Part shown: piece by piece, positions 54,153 to 64,000 of the stretch
How positions within the stretch are numbered: the first letter of the stretch is position 1
Layout: every line of letters starts with the position of its first letter
IMG/VR virus record: IMGVR_UViG_3300031951_000093
Location: 15,994 to 79,993 of that record
Strand: one strand, 5' to 3'
Source of the DNA: a virus
DNA length: 64,000 bases
Notes under the pieces: model-generated
Told to the model about the DNA's origin: nothing
Seen by the model: only the letters and a program-made list of their open reading frames with translations
The model's database searches: none
Made by a program: the position numbers and the translations under genes

Positions 54153-57100
54153 GTGGCAGATCTTCAGGTTTCATTAGCGTTTCTTCTTGAAAATCAAGAG
54201 GAGGTTGCACGCGAGTTAGAGCGTGCTGGGGGTATCGCTGGTAAGGATTTTGGCGCTGGATTAAGTGAAGGCGCAAAGAAAGCCTTTCAAGATTTAATTG
54301 CTCAAGCCGATAAAGCAGCCAAAGAAGCAGGCATTAAGTTTAACAGAACTGATCTTTCTTTCAGGACTGCCGCTGGAAAATTCATATCACAAGAAGAGCT
54401 GCGAAAATTATCTACTCTAAACAAAGGATTAGAGGAAGCCAAGAGGGCTGTCGATTCATTCAAGTCTGCAATATCTCAGGCAACAAGGGAAGGCGCTCAG
54501 GGTTTCGGGCTTCTTGATTCGGCAATTGCAGGTGTATCAATATCTTTGACAAGCAGGCTGTCTGACGCGCTGCTTGCGACACTAGGGTCTGTTCGTGGAT
54601 TAGTCGGCGGGTTCCTTGAGTTAGACTCGGAAATTAGACTGGCTGCCGCCGCCGCTGGAGAGCAAGGAGGGTATCAAAAGCTTGGCGCTGTTATTGAAAA
54701 AGTTGGCATTGAAGCGGCAGGCACGTCGAAACAGGTTGCCGAGCTTGCCACATCGCTTGTGCGAGCTGGTTTTAGCGTGGATGAAGTGGCCAAGGCGTTG
54801 CCGGGCGTTGTTCGCGGTGCAGAGGCAACAGGAACAAGTTTCCAGCAATTTGGAGAGATTACTGGTAATACACTGAGGGGCTTTGGATTAGACGTTAAAG
54901 AAACGGCTCGTGTTGTCGATGTATTGGTAAATGCAGCAAATAGCAGCAACGCAAGTATTGAAGGATTAGGTTACACTTTTCAATATGCTGCTCCCATCGC
55001 CAAAGCATTGGGGGTGAGCCTAGAGGATCTGGCGTCAGCATCGGGGCTAATGGCCAACGCTGGTATTCAGGGCTCCGTGGCTGGCACTGGGCTTAGAACC
55101 GCTCTGGAGAAGCTTCAGCAGGCCGCAGGAGGGGCATCTCCTGAAGTGATGGGGCTGGCATGGAATCAAACTAGACTGGTGAGCGCTATGCAAAAAATTG
55201 GCGCCACTGTGATTGATACTCAAGGGAAGCTATTACCACTTGAGCAAGTATTTTTACGCCTAAAAGAAGGCCTTGAAAAGTTAAGCCAAGCCGATCAAGT
55301 ACAGTTATCTAACATTTTGTTTGGTGATGAAGCGGGCTCAAAAATGCTTGCTATCACCAATCAAAGCTCAGATGCAATTGTGAAGATGTTTGGCGATATG
55401 AAGAATAGCGCTGGCGCAACAGATGTAGCTAGAACTGCAATGAGCGGCGCAAAGCTTGAGATCATGCAACTACAGGGAACCGTAGATGCGCTTGGCAATA
55501 AATTAGGGGAAGTCACTGTAATCGGAATGAGACCACTTGTGGGCGCTGCTAATGCGCTTACGGGAGCCATTGCAGGGATGCCAGGCCCCGTCAAGACCAC
55601 TGTAGCGGCTTTGATTGTGCTGGCTGGTGCATCAGCAGCCGCAACGGTTGCGCTAGCAGCGGTAAACGCTGTTGTAAATCAAACTGGAGGATGGACGTTG
55701 CTTGCATCTAATGCAAAAAAAGCAGCAATTAGCATAGCTTCAATTGGTGGAACTGCGGCAGTTGTTGCAGGTGCTGCCGCTGCCTTTGCTGTATTTACTG
55801 GTGCAATAAAAGAAACGGATGAGGCGTCAAAAGCGTTGCTTCAAACTATGGTAGCGCTGGCGGCAACCGTTGGAACATTTAGAACATTGTCTACATTTAA
55901 GGTTCCGCCAATCCTTAGCGCTATATTGAGCCTTGGCGCTGGCATTGCGGCCTATGCTGGAATTGGGTCTCAAATCAAGGTAACGAATGATGATATAAAA
56001 CAGTTAAGTGATGAAACAAAATTACTAGAAGAGGAGATCTCTGCACTACAATCACAAGTAGAAGAAAATAAAGAATTGGGTATCAATACTGAATTAGCAG
56101 AAAAACGCATTGATAAATTATCCACTAAGCTGCAAAGCTTGAAGGGTCCGCTAGAGATTAAGCTAGATTTGCAAAAAGCAGAAAGCCAGGTAGAAACCTT
56201 AAGAAATAAGATCAAGTCAAACTGGCAACTTGGGGGAGCACCAGCTTTTGGCGGTGCACCATCGAATGCAATAAAAGATCAGTCAATCCCGACGGTTTTT
56301 CCGCTAATTCTTCCTTCAATGCTGATGAAGGATTCTTCTGTTGTGCAAGGGCTGTCGTCAGTAATGCCAGCTATTTATAGCACAAAGACCGGAAGTGCAG
56401 AAGAACCGCTGCAGTTGGCTCAACTAGAAGCAGCAGAAAGGCTCCGTGATATATATAAAGAAATAGATCGCGGTGCTGTTAATGACATCATAGGAGAAGC
56501 AGCGAAAAGAGATGCTAAAGAGATTGAAAAGCTAAATAATCAAGTTGATGCGCTAAAACTAAAGGCAACCAAATTACCGTTAGGAGCAAAAACAGAACGA
56601 GCTGAAGTAGATAAAGAGCTTGGTAATTTACAGCAAAAAATTGAAGGATTCAAGGCAAGAATTAAAATATCAACTAATGCCGAAGAAATTATGCTTGCTC
56701 AAGCAACGGTTGAACGGCAACTACAAAATCCAAATCTTACCGCAGAAGAGCGTGAAAACCTAGAAAAAGCATTGCTTACCTTGATCAACGAAAAGCTTAA
56801 ACTTCAAAAAGAAGAAATCTCAAATGCGGCTAAATTAAATAGCCTTGCCGCTGATTCCAAGGATCAATTGACAACGCAAGCAAGGTATTACGAAAAGCTA
56901 GTCGAAGGGACACGTAATGCAACAAATGAACAACTTGCTGCCGGAAAGATCACCAAATCACAAGCGGCGGAAAATATGCGCATTGTGCAGTTACAGCAAC
57001 TAGAAGCCGAGAGGCTAATCAAGCTACGTGATATAGCAAATCGCCAAGCAAAAGGGGAGGACGTAAGTTCACTGCGATCACAGCTAAATGATATAAATGA

Positions 57101-58580
57101 GAAACGATTGCCGCTTATAGAGCAAGGCAGGCAGGCTGCGATTGAAAAAGAGCTGTCTCTTATTCAGGTGCAAAAAGCTGAATACACAGCTATATTGACA
57201 GCTCGATTGGCAGAAAAAGATATTACAACACAGCAGTATGAAAACGAACTTCGCTATCTTGAGCGCGTTGCACTGGAGAAAGAAAAGGGCTCAAAACAGC
57301 GCCAGCTTGCGCTAGTCGATCCAAAGACACAAGAAGGATTGGATCTGCGATCACAAATCGCTAATCTAGATAAAGCAATCGCTGAGAATAGGCTTGCTAC
57401 TGCTAAAGCGGTGAGCGATAAGATCGCCGCCGAAGTTGATTCGTACTCTAGCTTACTTGACCTTTCCTCAAGGCGCCTTGACATAGAAAATCAAGGCAGG
57501 GATCAGTCAAAGAATAACTACGAACTTGAGATGCAATTTGTTCAAGCAATCACAGAGCAGGCACGTGCTAGGCAGGATTTGATCAGGTCTGAATTTGATC
57601 TACAATCCGCATCGCTAAATGCAAGTATTGCTGCGGCAGAATCTGAGCTATCTTCATTGCAAGGCAGGATGGAGGGAGCGCGATCTGGCAAGGAACGAAG
57701 GCAGATAGGAGAAGCTGTTGAGCGACAAGAAATAAGGATAGCTAACTTAAAAAATAAAGCAGCGGCAAACGCGGTCAGAGCAAAAGAAGCCGAGCTGGCA
57801 GGATTGCGTGATCAAGAATATCTTGAAGTGGCTTCACTTAATCTAAAGCAGCGCATGGCTTTGATTGATCAAGAATCAAGAGTTGCACAGTCAAGATTCT
57901 TAAATTATCAAGCTGCTATTGAACTAAGAAAAACGCTTGCAAAAGCCAAGGATCCAAGCCTAACAGAACAAGAAAGAAAAAACATGGAAGATATGGCTAA
58001 ACTGCAAGAAGATGCGCTAAACCTTAGTGCTAAAGATGTTGATTTTCAGTATGCCAAGCTGCAAGCAATTAAGGAAATCAACAAGATTGAGCGCGATACG
58101 CTTGCGATGAATCAACAAACAAGACGCAATAATACATACGCTGAACTGCTATCACTAGGCGGTGCTCGTTTTGCTGGTGGTGATGTTGTGCCAAGTAAAA
58201 AATATATCATTAACGAATTAGGGACAGAAGGATTCTTGTCTGAATCTGGTCAGTTTAGCTGGATCAATCAACCGGCCAATTCGCTATGGAAACCGCCTTC
58301 TAGAGGTGTCGTGATTCCCGCTAACATATCTGAATACTTGGCTAGTGTTGGCGCCATTCCTGGCGGGGCTAATGGCCGCACTGGGAATAGATCAACGAGG
58401 CTAGATCAGGTTACCCATTCTATTGGCGCAACTGGCGGAGTTGTTGATAGTATTACGAGGCAATCTTTGGCAATGGGCAAATTACAAAAAAGCATTGATA
58501 AACTTGCGACCAAGGATTGGACCGTAAACGTTCCAGTTCCAAGTAATGCAAGATTGCTACGCACTATTGGAGGTTTCTGA
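54153..58580 (+). CDS. tail tape measure protein (TP901-family core)
   Basis: 1475 aa helical; LMANAGIQGSVAGTGLR; C-terminal FAGG.V..YIINELGTE. Confidence 0.95.
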   Translation: MADLQVSLAFLLENQEEVARELERAGGIAGKDFGAGLSEGAKKAFQDLIAQADKAAKEAGIKFNRTDLSFRTAAGKFISQEELRKLSTLNKGLEEAKRAVDSFKSAISQATREGAQGFGLLDSAIAGVSISLTSRLSDALLATLGSVRGLVGGFLELDSEIRLAAAAAGEQGGYQKLGAVIEKVGIEAAGTSKQVAELATSLVRAGFSVDEVAKALPGVVRGAEATGTSFQQFGEITGNTLRGFGLDVKETARVVDVLVNAANSSNASIEGLGYTFQYAAPIAKALGVSLEDLASASGLMANAGIQGSVAGTGLRTALEKLQQAAGGASPEVMGLAWNQTRLVSAMQKIGATVIDTQGKLLPLEQVFLRLKEGLEKLSQADQVQLSNILFGDEAGSKMLAITNQSSDAIVKMFGDMKNSAGATDVARTAMSGAKLEIMQLQGTVDALGNKLGEVTVIGMRPLVGAANALTGAIAGMPGPVKTTVAALIVLAGASAAATVALAAVNAVVNQTGGWTLLASNAKKAAISIASIGGTAAVVAGAAAAFAVFTGAIKETDEASKALLQTMVALAATVGTFRTLSTFKVPPILSAILSLGAGIAAYAGIGSQIKVTNDDIKQLSDETKLLEEEISALQSQVEENKELGINTELAEKRIDKLSTKLQSLKGPLEIKLDLQKAESQVETLRNKIKSNWQLGGAPAFGGAPSNAIKDQSIPTVFPLILPSMLMKDSSVVQGLSSVMPAIYSTKTGSAEEPLQLAQLEAAERLRDIYKEIDRGAVNDIIGEAAKRDAKEIEKLNNQVDALKLKATKLPLGAKTERAEVDKELGNLQQKIEGFKARIKISTNAEEIMLAQATVERQLQNPNLTAEERENLEKALLTLINEKLKLQKEEISNAAKLNSLAADSKDQLTTQARYYEKLVEGTRNATNEQLAAGKITKSQAAENMRIVQLQQLEAERLIKLRDIANRQAKGEDVSSLRSQLNDINEKRLPLIEQGRQAAIEKELSLIQVQKAEYTAILTARLAEKDITTQQYENELRYLERVALEKEKGSKQRQLALVDPKTQEGLDLRSQIANLDKAIAENRLATAKAVSDKIAAEVDSYSSLLDLSSRRLDIENQGRDQSKNNYELEMQFVQAITEQARARQDLIRSEFDLQSASLNASIAAAESELSSLQGRMEGARSGKERRQIGEAVERQEIRIANLKNKAAANAVRAKEAELAGLRDQEYLEVASLNLKQRMALIDQESRVAQSRFLNYQAAIELRKTLAKAKDPSLTEQERKNMEDMAKLQEDALNLSAKDVDFQYAKLQAIKEINKIERDTLAMNQQTRRNNTYAELLSLGGARFAGGDVVPSKKYIINELGTEGFLSESGQFSWINQPANSLWKPPSRGVVIPANISEYLASVGAIPGGANGRTGNRSTRLDQVTHSIGATGGVVDSITRQSLAMGKLQKSIDKLATKDWTVNVPVPSNARLLRTIGGF

Positions 58581-59317
58581 TGATTACGATCACTTATTCT
58601 GGTCTTACCGCGACCATTCCAGATAGGATAACAAGTCTTCCGTTTGGATTTAATGAATCCAATACAAGACGCGGGCGAACCGCTGAAACGCTATCAATAG
58701 ATGGCTTTATGCTTAGGCAAGAAGCTTTGCCATTGATAGATCTATTCAAGGCCTGGAGAAATGCAAAGATTACGGAAGAAGATCCACAAAAAACAGGCGT
58801 TGTAGGCGCAACCGTTAGTGTGACCGGATCAGGATTAGGCTTTTCCTGGACCAATAAGGCGTGCTGGATTGATAAGGCACCTTCCATCCAATATGCCGGG
58901 ATTTTTGTTAGGGTCACCTTTGGACTTGTTGATGCCAATCAAGCGCTGCAAGTGCTGCTGGAGGAGCGTGATGACGCGGATGAAGATGGTATCAACCTTG
59001 GAACAATTACACTTGGCACGGCTGTTATCAATCTGCTTAGCTATCCAAATACCTATGAAGAATTACCTTCAATTTCTCGTAATTCCGCCGGTATTCATGT
59101 GATAACAGGAAAACTAGCTTTACAAGAAGTCAAAGAGATTGAGGGATGGGTAAGTGAAACGAACAAAAATAATCTTGAAACATGGCTAACTACAACGGTT
59201 CCCGTAACACCAGCGCCTAACACATGGTATCCAGCAAGCTATCAAAAGCCATCCGTAAAGACAAGGTTTGGAAATACTACTTATGATGTAAACTTGAAAA
59301 TCATTAGGATAGTCTGA
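58580..59317 (+). CDS. distal tail/baseplate protein
   Basis: position after TMP. Confidence 0.6.
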   Translation: MITITYSGLTATIPDRITSLPFGFNESNTRRGRTAETLSIDGFMLRQEALPLIDLFKAWRNAKITEEDPQKTGVVGATVSVTGSGLGFSWTNKACWIDKAPSIQYAGIFVRVTFGLVDANQALQVLLEERDDADEDGINLGTITLGTAVINLLSYPNTYEELPSISRNSAGIHVITGKLALQEVKEIEGWVSETNKNNLETWLTTTVPVTPAPNTWYPASYQKPSVKTRFGNTTYDVNLKIIRIV

Positions 59318-62145
59318 TGCCGATTGATGCCAGGGCAAGGGCATGGTGCAGCCTAGGCCCCCTATCCACTGAGCCAGTAACGCTATCGGAAACGCATCTG
59401 CAGGGCTCAGGAGGAGGAGTGATCAAGGTCACGGGCACAGTGAATCTTGCTGGTATCGTGCGCCCAACGCCAGGCGATGAAGTGTATTTTGCGGCAAGCG
59501 ATGGTCAAAACTGGATTTGTAGATTACCGCGTAAATTGCGCGTCCTAAATAGCTTTGCCGATCCAATAAGAAACATCACTACCGTAGCCGTTGGGTGTAA
59601 GTTTGCATATCTTGAAAATCGCAAAATACCGCTTGTTTATCCTAATGTAATTGATGCCACGCCAGAAATGGAAGAGGCAGAAAGATTACGCAGAACCCAA
59701 TCAATATCAGCCGCTTTTGTCGCCCAACATATATTAGATAAACTTGGATTAACCGCCGCTTCTTCAATTCCATTTACAAATTATAGAATCACTGACTGGT
59801 GGGATTTAAGCTCAGGATACGTGCAATCACTTGCAACAATAGCTGAGGCGGAATGTTACAGATGCAGGTTAAACGAAAATGAACAAGTTGAATTTATATC
59901 TTTAAGGCAAGAAATATCAACTGCGCCATTGCTTACAGAAAATCAAATCATAGACATAACACCACAAACCGTGGGTGAGTTACCGGCTGAACTTGTATAC
60001 GCAAAATATCAAAGAACAAGACTCAAAACACCGCAAAATCAACCGCCCGATAGTGATACAGTTAGAAAGCGAAATTGGGAGTTGGATGAATCATGGAATG
60101 TTGAGCAATATATACACACGGGGCCAGACGGTATTGAAAAGGGATCATTTGTGTCTTCGCGCAAGAGTGAATCAGAATATGATGCATGGGATAGGCTTAC
60201 CAGTCGAACAGAGACAACAATTGGACTAACTGGAACAACTATTGCGACAACATCGTACAAGTACGAAGCAGCACCGCCCAGTAAAAGCCCTAGCGGAGTT
60301 GTTTTAACTGATCCAAATCAAGACTATACGGTAGTCAAGGAAGAGTATTATACGCAAAAATCACCGCTAGCAGATATTGCCGGAGTATGTGGATTTGAGG
60401 GTTCGTTGTCTGAACTTCGATCACTGGGAACATTTACAAGCTCAAGAAGAGTTACCGAATTTGAGCGTGATAAAACATCAGGTATTACAAGGACTATTAC
60501 TAGAAATTTCGTTCCATTTTCTAGCACGCCATTTGGATCTGATGCGATACAAAAAAGCGCGTTTGATTCTTCTATTGAAGAGTTGCTAGTTATAGCAAGC
60601 GGACTGACTGAATATGGCAGCGAAACCAATATCAGAACAGAGAGAGAATACGGATTGAGGCGTAGGCCGGGGCAACAGGAGCGCAATCGCAGCGCAGATC
60701 AACAAGAGCCGCCCACAGTTCAGTATACAAACTTTACGTGGGATACCGGATCCATAACGAGCCAAACACAGATAGAACTTTCCCCGCCCTATGTGTCGGA
60801 TGACAGGCTAGTTAGAACTACAGTAAACGGAGTGACACAATGGCAGCTTGTGCTATCAGATGCGGCCCAGAAAGCACTTAGTTATGCTCGAACAGAAAAT
60901 AGGCTGCTTCTTGGCAACAGGGCTGGCCCAGGTATTCAGCTCCGACTGATTGATGCACCATCTGCGCCATTTGATCTATTTTATATACGAATGAATGGCT
61001 GCACCGCTGCTTATCGGGTTAATGGCACAACGTGGACAATAAGTGATTCCGGCATTGTTGTGTCTATTGACGCTTTATTCTGGGGAGCAATTGATGGCAA
61101 TATAAACAATGCTTGGTTTCCATTGCCGACCGGTGTTACATCTTTGCCAACACTGAATACAATTTCCACCAATGCCAATCCAAAGCCCGCTAATGCAATA
61201 GCGATTCCTCAAGGCTTTAATCCATTTAACGTTAATCTAAGCGCGTTGTTTGCGCTACTTCCTGTCAATCAACCTGCAGTACCAGCGGCAACGCTAAACC
61301 CATCTACTATTGTTAAGCCTTACACAGAAACCTTGCCTGTCTCATGCGGAATTAGTGTTGGGTTGACGTATGAGGCGATACTGCCCGATCTGCCTGCAAC
61401 AACTGTTACGGGTGGTGTTACTGTTGGCGCAATGTATGTTTTTAGATATGAAGCCGCACGAATTACGGCTGGCGTTGAAGTTGGCGTAATGTTAGCGGGT
61501 GAAACAGCATCAACGCTGCTATTTTTGCTTCAAATGACCGGAAGCAATGGAAGCACTGTGTTTACTGATTTAAGCGCAAATGAGATACCTGTAACTGCCT
61601 ATGGCAACGCGCAAATTAATAACAATGAGCTGCTATTAGACGGCAATGGTGATTATATTGTGGCAAACAGTTCTTTGCTGGCACTGCCGGGCGGAGAATC
61701 GGGAGCGTGGACAATTGAAGGGTTTGTTACTCCATTTACGGTCCCGTATGGCTGGGATGACTGGGTTGGTGTCTTATCGTTGTCTAGTGATGATATTGAT
61801 TTTATCTCTCTTAGCATGATAAATGCCGAGTGGACCGTAGGCGAATATGGCTTTACTAATCCAACTGGAATAACAGCATCTGCCAACACAAAGGTTCACT
61901 TTGCTTTTGTCTTTAGCAACTACACATTCAAAACATTCATCAATGGATCAATGTATTCTTCTCTGCTAAACTACTTTGAAGAGTTTAATGGTGCAACAGC
62001 TAACAAACTGGCACTTGGGCGCGTTTTTGATGATGGTTCCGGCAGTTATGTTGATTTTAATGGTAAGATTGGACCGATAAGGATTACCAGTGAAGTGCTG
62101 TACACAGACAACTTCACTCCACCAACATCATTCCCCAATCCTTAA
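59317..62145 (+). CDS. tail tip protein with C-terminal LamG/ConA-like domain
   Basis: LLDGNGDY..WTIEGFV..HFAFV..FING..LYTDNFTPPT. Confidence 0.75.
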   Translation: MPIDARARAWCSLGPLSTEPVTLSETHLQGSGGGVIKVTGTVNLAGIVRPTPGDEVYFAASDGQNWICRLPRKLRVLNSFADPIRNITTVAVGCKFAYLENRKIPLVYPNVIDATPEMEEAERLRRTQSISAAFVAQHILDKLGLTAASSIPFTNYRITDWWDLSSGYVQSLATIAEAECYRCRLNENEQVEFISLRQEISTAPLLTENQIIDITPQTVGELPAELVYAKYQRTRLKTPQNQPPDSDTVRKRNWELDESWNVEQYIHTGPDGIEKGSFVSSRKSESEYDAWDRLTSRTETTIGLTGTTIATTSYKYEAAPPSKSPSGVVLTDPNQDYTVVKEEYYTQKSPLADIAGVCGFEGSLSELRSLGTFTSSRRVTEFERDKTSGITRTITRNFVPFSSTPFGSDAIQKSAFDSSIEELLVIASGLTEYGSETNIRTEREYGLRRRPGQQERNRSADQQEPPTVQYTNFTWDTGSITSQTQIELSPPYVSDDRLVRTTVNGVTQWQLVLSDAAQKALSYARTENRLLLGNRAGPGIQLRLIDAPSAPFDLFYIRMNGCTAAYRVNGTTWTISDSGIVVSIDALFWGAIDGNINNAWFPLPTGVTSLPTLNTISTNANPKPANAIAIPQGFNPFNVNLSALFALLPVNQPAVPAATLNPSTIVKPYTETLPVSCGISVGLTYEAILPDLPATTVTGGVTVGAMYVFRYEAARITAGVEVGVMLAGETASTLLFLLQMTGSNGSTVFTDLSANEIPVTAYGNAQINNNELLLDGNGDYIVANSSLLALPGGESGAWTIEGFVTPFTVPYGWDDWVGVLSLSSDDIDFISLSMINAEWTVGEYGFTNPTGITASANTKVHFAFVFSNYTFKTFINGSMYSSLLNYFEEFNGATANKLALGRVFDDGSGSYVDFNGKIGPIRITSEVLYTDNFTPPTSFPNP

Positions 62146-62173
62146 GCGGGAAAATTAACTAAAACAATCAATC

Positions 62174-62617
62174 ATGGCATCCATTGCTCAATGCAGTCAA
62201 TCCGAGTTAGGCAGAGTTTACGAATTATCCTATCAAGGGAAGCCAGCTAGATTATGCTTGGCTTTTGATACGGCTTTAACGATTAACTCAACAACAGCAC
62301 AATGGGATGCTGTTGAATTAGCATCTGCCAATGGATATGCAAGGCAGTTGTTCACGCCAGCGGCTGGCAGTTATGATAGCGCCATAAATATGTTTAAGTC
62401 GCCTGATATTACACTGACATTCACAGCATCTGGCGCGGGTTTTTCCTATAATAGAGCTTACCTTGTGCTTGGCACTTTATCTGGGGGTGTTACAACATGG
62501 AACACCTACATCAGCTACCTAATTATTGAACCTGAAACAGTTGCGCTAGCACCTGGCGTTTCTAAGCCTTACGCAATAAACCTGTTGTCAAATGATATAA
62601 CCGTCAGCCCATTATAA
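62174..62617 (+). CDS. tail protein
   Basis: NGYARQ motif, late motif upstream. Confidence 0.65.
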   Translation: MASIAQCSQSELGRVYELSYQGKPARLCLAFDTALTINSTTAQWDAVELASANGYARQLFTPAAGSYDSAINMFKSPDITLTFTASGAGFSYNRAYLVLGTLSGGVTTWNTYISYLIIEPETVALAPGVSKPYAINLLSNDITVSPL

Positions 62618-63867
62618 TGACAACAAGAATTGGTATTGACTTGCCGCCTGATCTGCTTGAAGCTGCAAGGATCAGTCAAAGCATTAACAGAAACAGGCTT
62701 TTGAGCAGAGAAAGCAGAAACAAAACCAACGCACAAATTCAGCAGCGCATTAGCGTGCTGGATGATGGATTAGTTGAGCCATGGAAAAGTGCGGTACCTG
62801 AATACAAGCCTCCAGCGATAGCGCTACCTAAGGCAAAAAATGAATTTACATGGGCTGCAATAGAAGAGTATTTTGATCGCGCACTTGCATACGACTATGC
62901 TGCGCCATGTAGCGGCATCATTACAGGCACAAAGCAATACAGTTTTGATTATGCATTTGCGATAAAACAAAATAAACCAAAATACTTAAAGACTTTTAGG
63001 GATCAAGGAGAGGAAAGTCAAACGCGAGTAGAGTATCGTCGTTCGTATGATTACTCTGAGCAAGAAAGATTGTTTGATACTCAAAAAGGAACGATAGACA
63101 CAAGATATGATGAGTTTAACTTTGCAAATCCTCCAACGCAACTTACTGTAGTCAAAGAAGATGACTTTATCTATCCAGGTTCGGGAACGCCAATAATAAA
63201 GATTGATTCCGATGAATCAAGGAGGTTAGGTTTTACAATTACACAACAGCTAAGTGGACTGCAGGATGAACAAACAGGAGAATATGTGTGGTGTTCAGAC
63301 TGGAATCCTCCTCGATTCGTGAATCCAGCTTATGGCATTAATAATTTTCAGAGTTATAAACTGTCTGTATATTGCTCGATTCCTTCTCGCTATAAATTTT
63401 TATACGTTGTATGGAAAGAAACTGGAAGCGAATCGTTTACATTTAGCGGAATCAAAAGCAGTGAAAATCGGCGCGGGTTTGACGCAGATGGTTTTAGTTC
63501 CGGCCTTGACTACCGCAACAAAAGAATTTTGCATGTGCGGCAACTTGGGCCCTTCCCTGACGTGCCAATACTTGTGGGTGTAACTAAAATTCTTAACAGC
63601 GAGTTATACGGAGGATCGTACTATCCTCCGTATGACAATCTTCCTGTCTTCTCGGAAAGCCTTTTACCAGAAGATCTTCGTGGATTTATGACGGCGGTTT
63701 ACAGAGTGTCACCTAGAAACGATAAAAGGAATCAAGTGTTTGTTGTGAATTTTTCCGCTAATACACATCTTGATGAGATTTTATTAAACGTGACAAGCAC
63801 CAGCATTGTATCACTTCAAGAAAAGTTTTTAATTTTTGCTTCTAAAGAGAACTATGCAAACATCTGA
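62617..63867 (+). CDS. hypothetical virion/tail protein
   Basis: ORF in tail operon. Confidence 0.6.
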   Translation: MTTRIGIDLPPDLLEAARISQSINRNRLLSRESRNKTNAQIQQRISVLDDGLVEPWKSAVPEYKPPAIALPKAKNEFTWAAIEEYFDRALAYDYAAPCSGIITGTKQYSFDYAFAIKQNKPKYLKTFRDQGEESQTRVEYRRSYDYSEQERLFDTQKGTIDTRYDEFNFANPPTQLTVVKEDDFIYPGSGTPIIKIDSDESRRLGFTITQQLSGLQDEQTGEYVWCSDWNPPRFVNPAYGINNFQSYKLSVYCSIPSRYKFLYVVWKETGSESFTFSGIKSSENRRGFDADGFSSGLDYRNKRILHVRQLGPFPDVPILVGVTKILNSELYGGSYYPPYDNLPVFSESLLPEDLRGFMTAVYRVSPRNDKRNQVFVVNFSANTHLDEILLNVTSTSIVSLQEKFLIFASKENYANI

Positions 63868-64000
63868 TCAATCGCGCTCCGAGCAAGCGACCGAAATGTC
63901 TGCCTTGATTGCGCTTGCGAATCGAGCCAAGCTAAAAAAAAGAGAGGACGAAAACCGCATTATTGCCGAAGCAGTAAGGCAAGCCAAGCTATAGCAATCG

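Overview
This window is a 64-kb segment of a tailed dsDNA phage genome with siphovirus-type tail genes, most likely a cyanophage of picocyanobacteria (Synechococcus/Cyanobium-like). The host call rests on cyanobacterial-type thyX, tmk, dcd, nrdJ, dnaN, an NblA-like gene and a SigF-like sigma factor. The left ~33 kb holds many small accessory genes, nucleotide-metabolism genes, a lambdoid O-like initiator with internal iterons and two tRNAs. The right part holds terminase, sigma factor, portal, MuF head protein, basic proteins, tail genes and an inverted dnaN/endolysin/nblA block. No major capsid, integrase or reverse transcriptase is recognisable in the window. Most notable observations: (1) an intein in the MuF gene whose central region is the antisense strand of a separate HTH + Vsr/DUF559-like endonuclease gene with its own embedded TATAAT; (2) about 21 promoters with a 10-bp-period GTTACA-like direct repeat (HLR1/RpaB-like) at fixed distance from the -10, often followed by a GAGA-loop 5' hairpin; (3) a circularly permuted FGE/CLec protein with two N-terminal DGR variable-region-like repeats; (4) a 111-bp host topA fragment embedded antisense in a phage ORF; (5) a CGGGAAAAC motif before late genes; (6) two candidate ncRNAs. 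All family assignments come from motif recognition by eye, not database searches.
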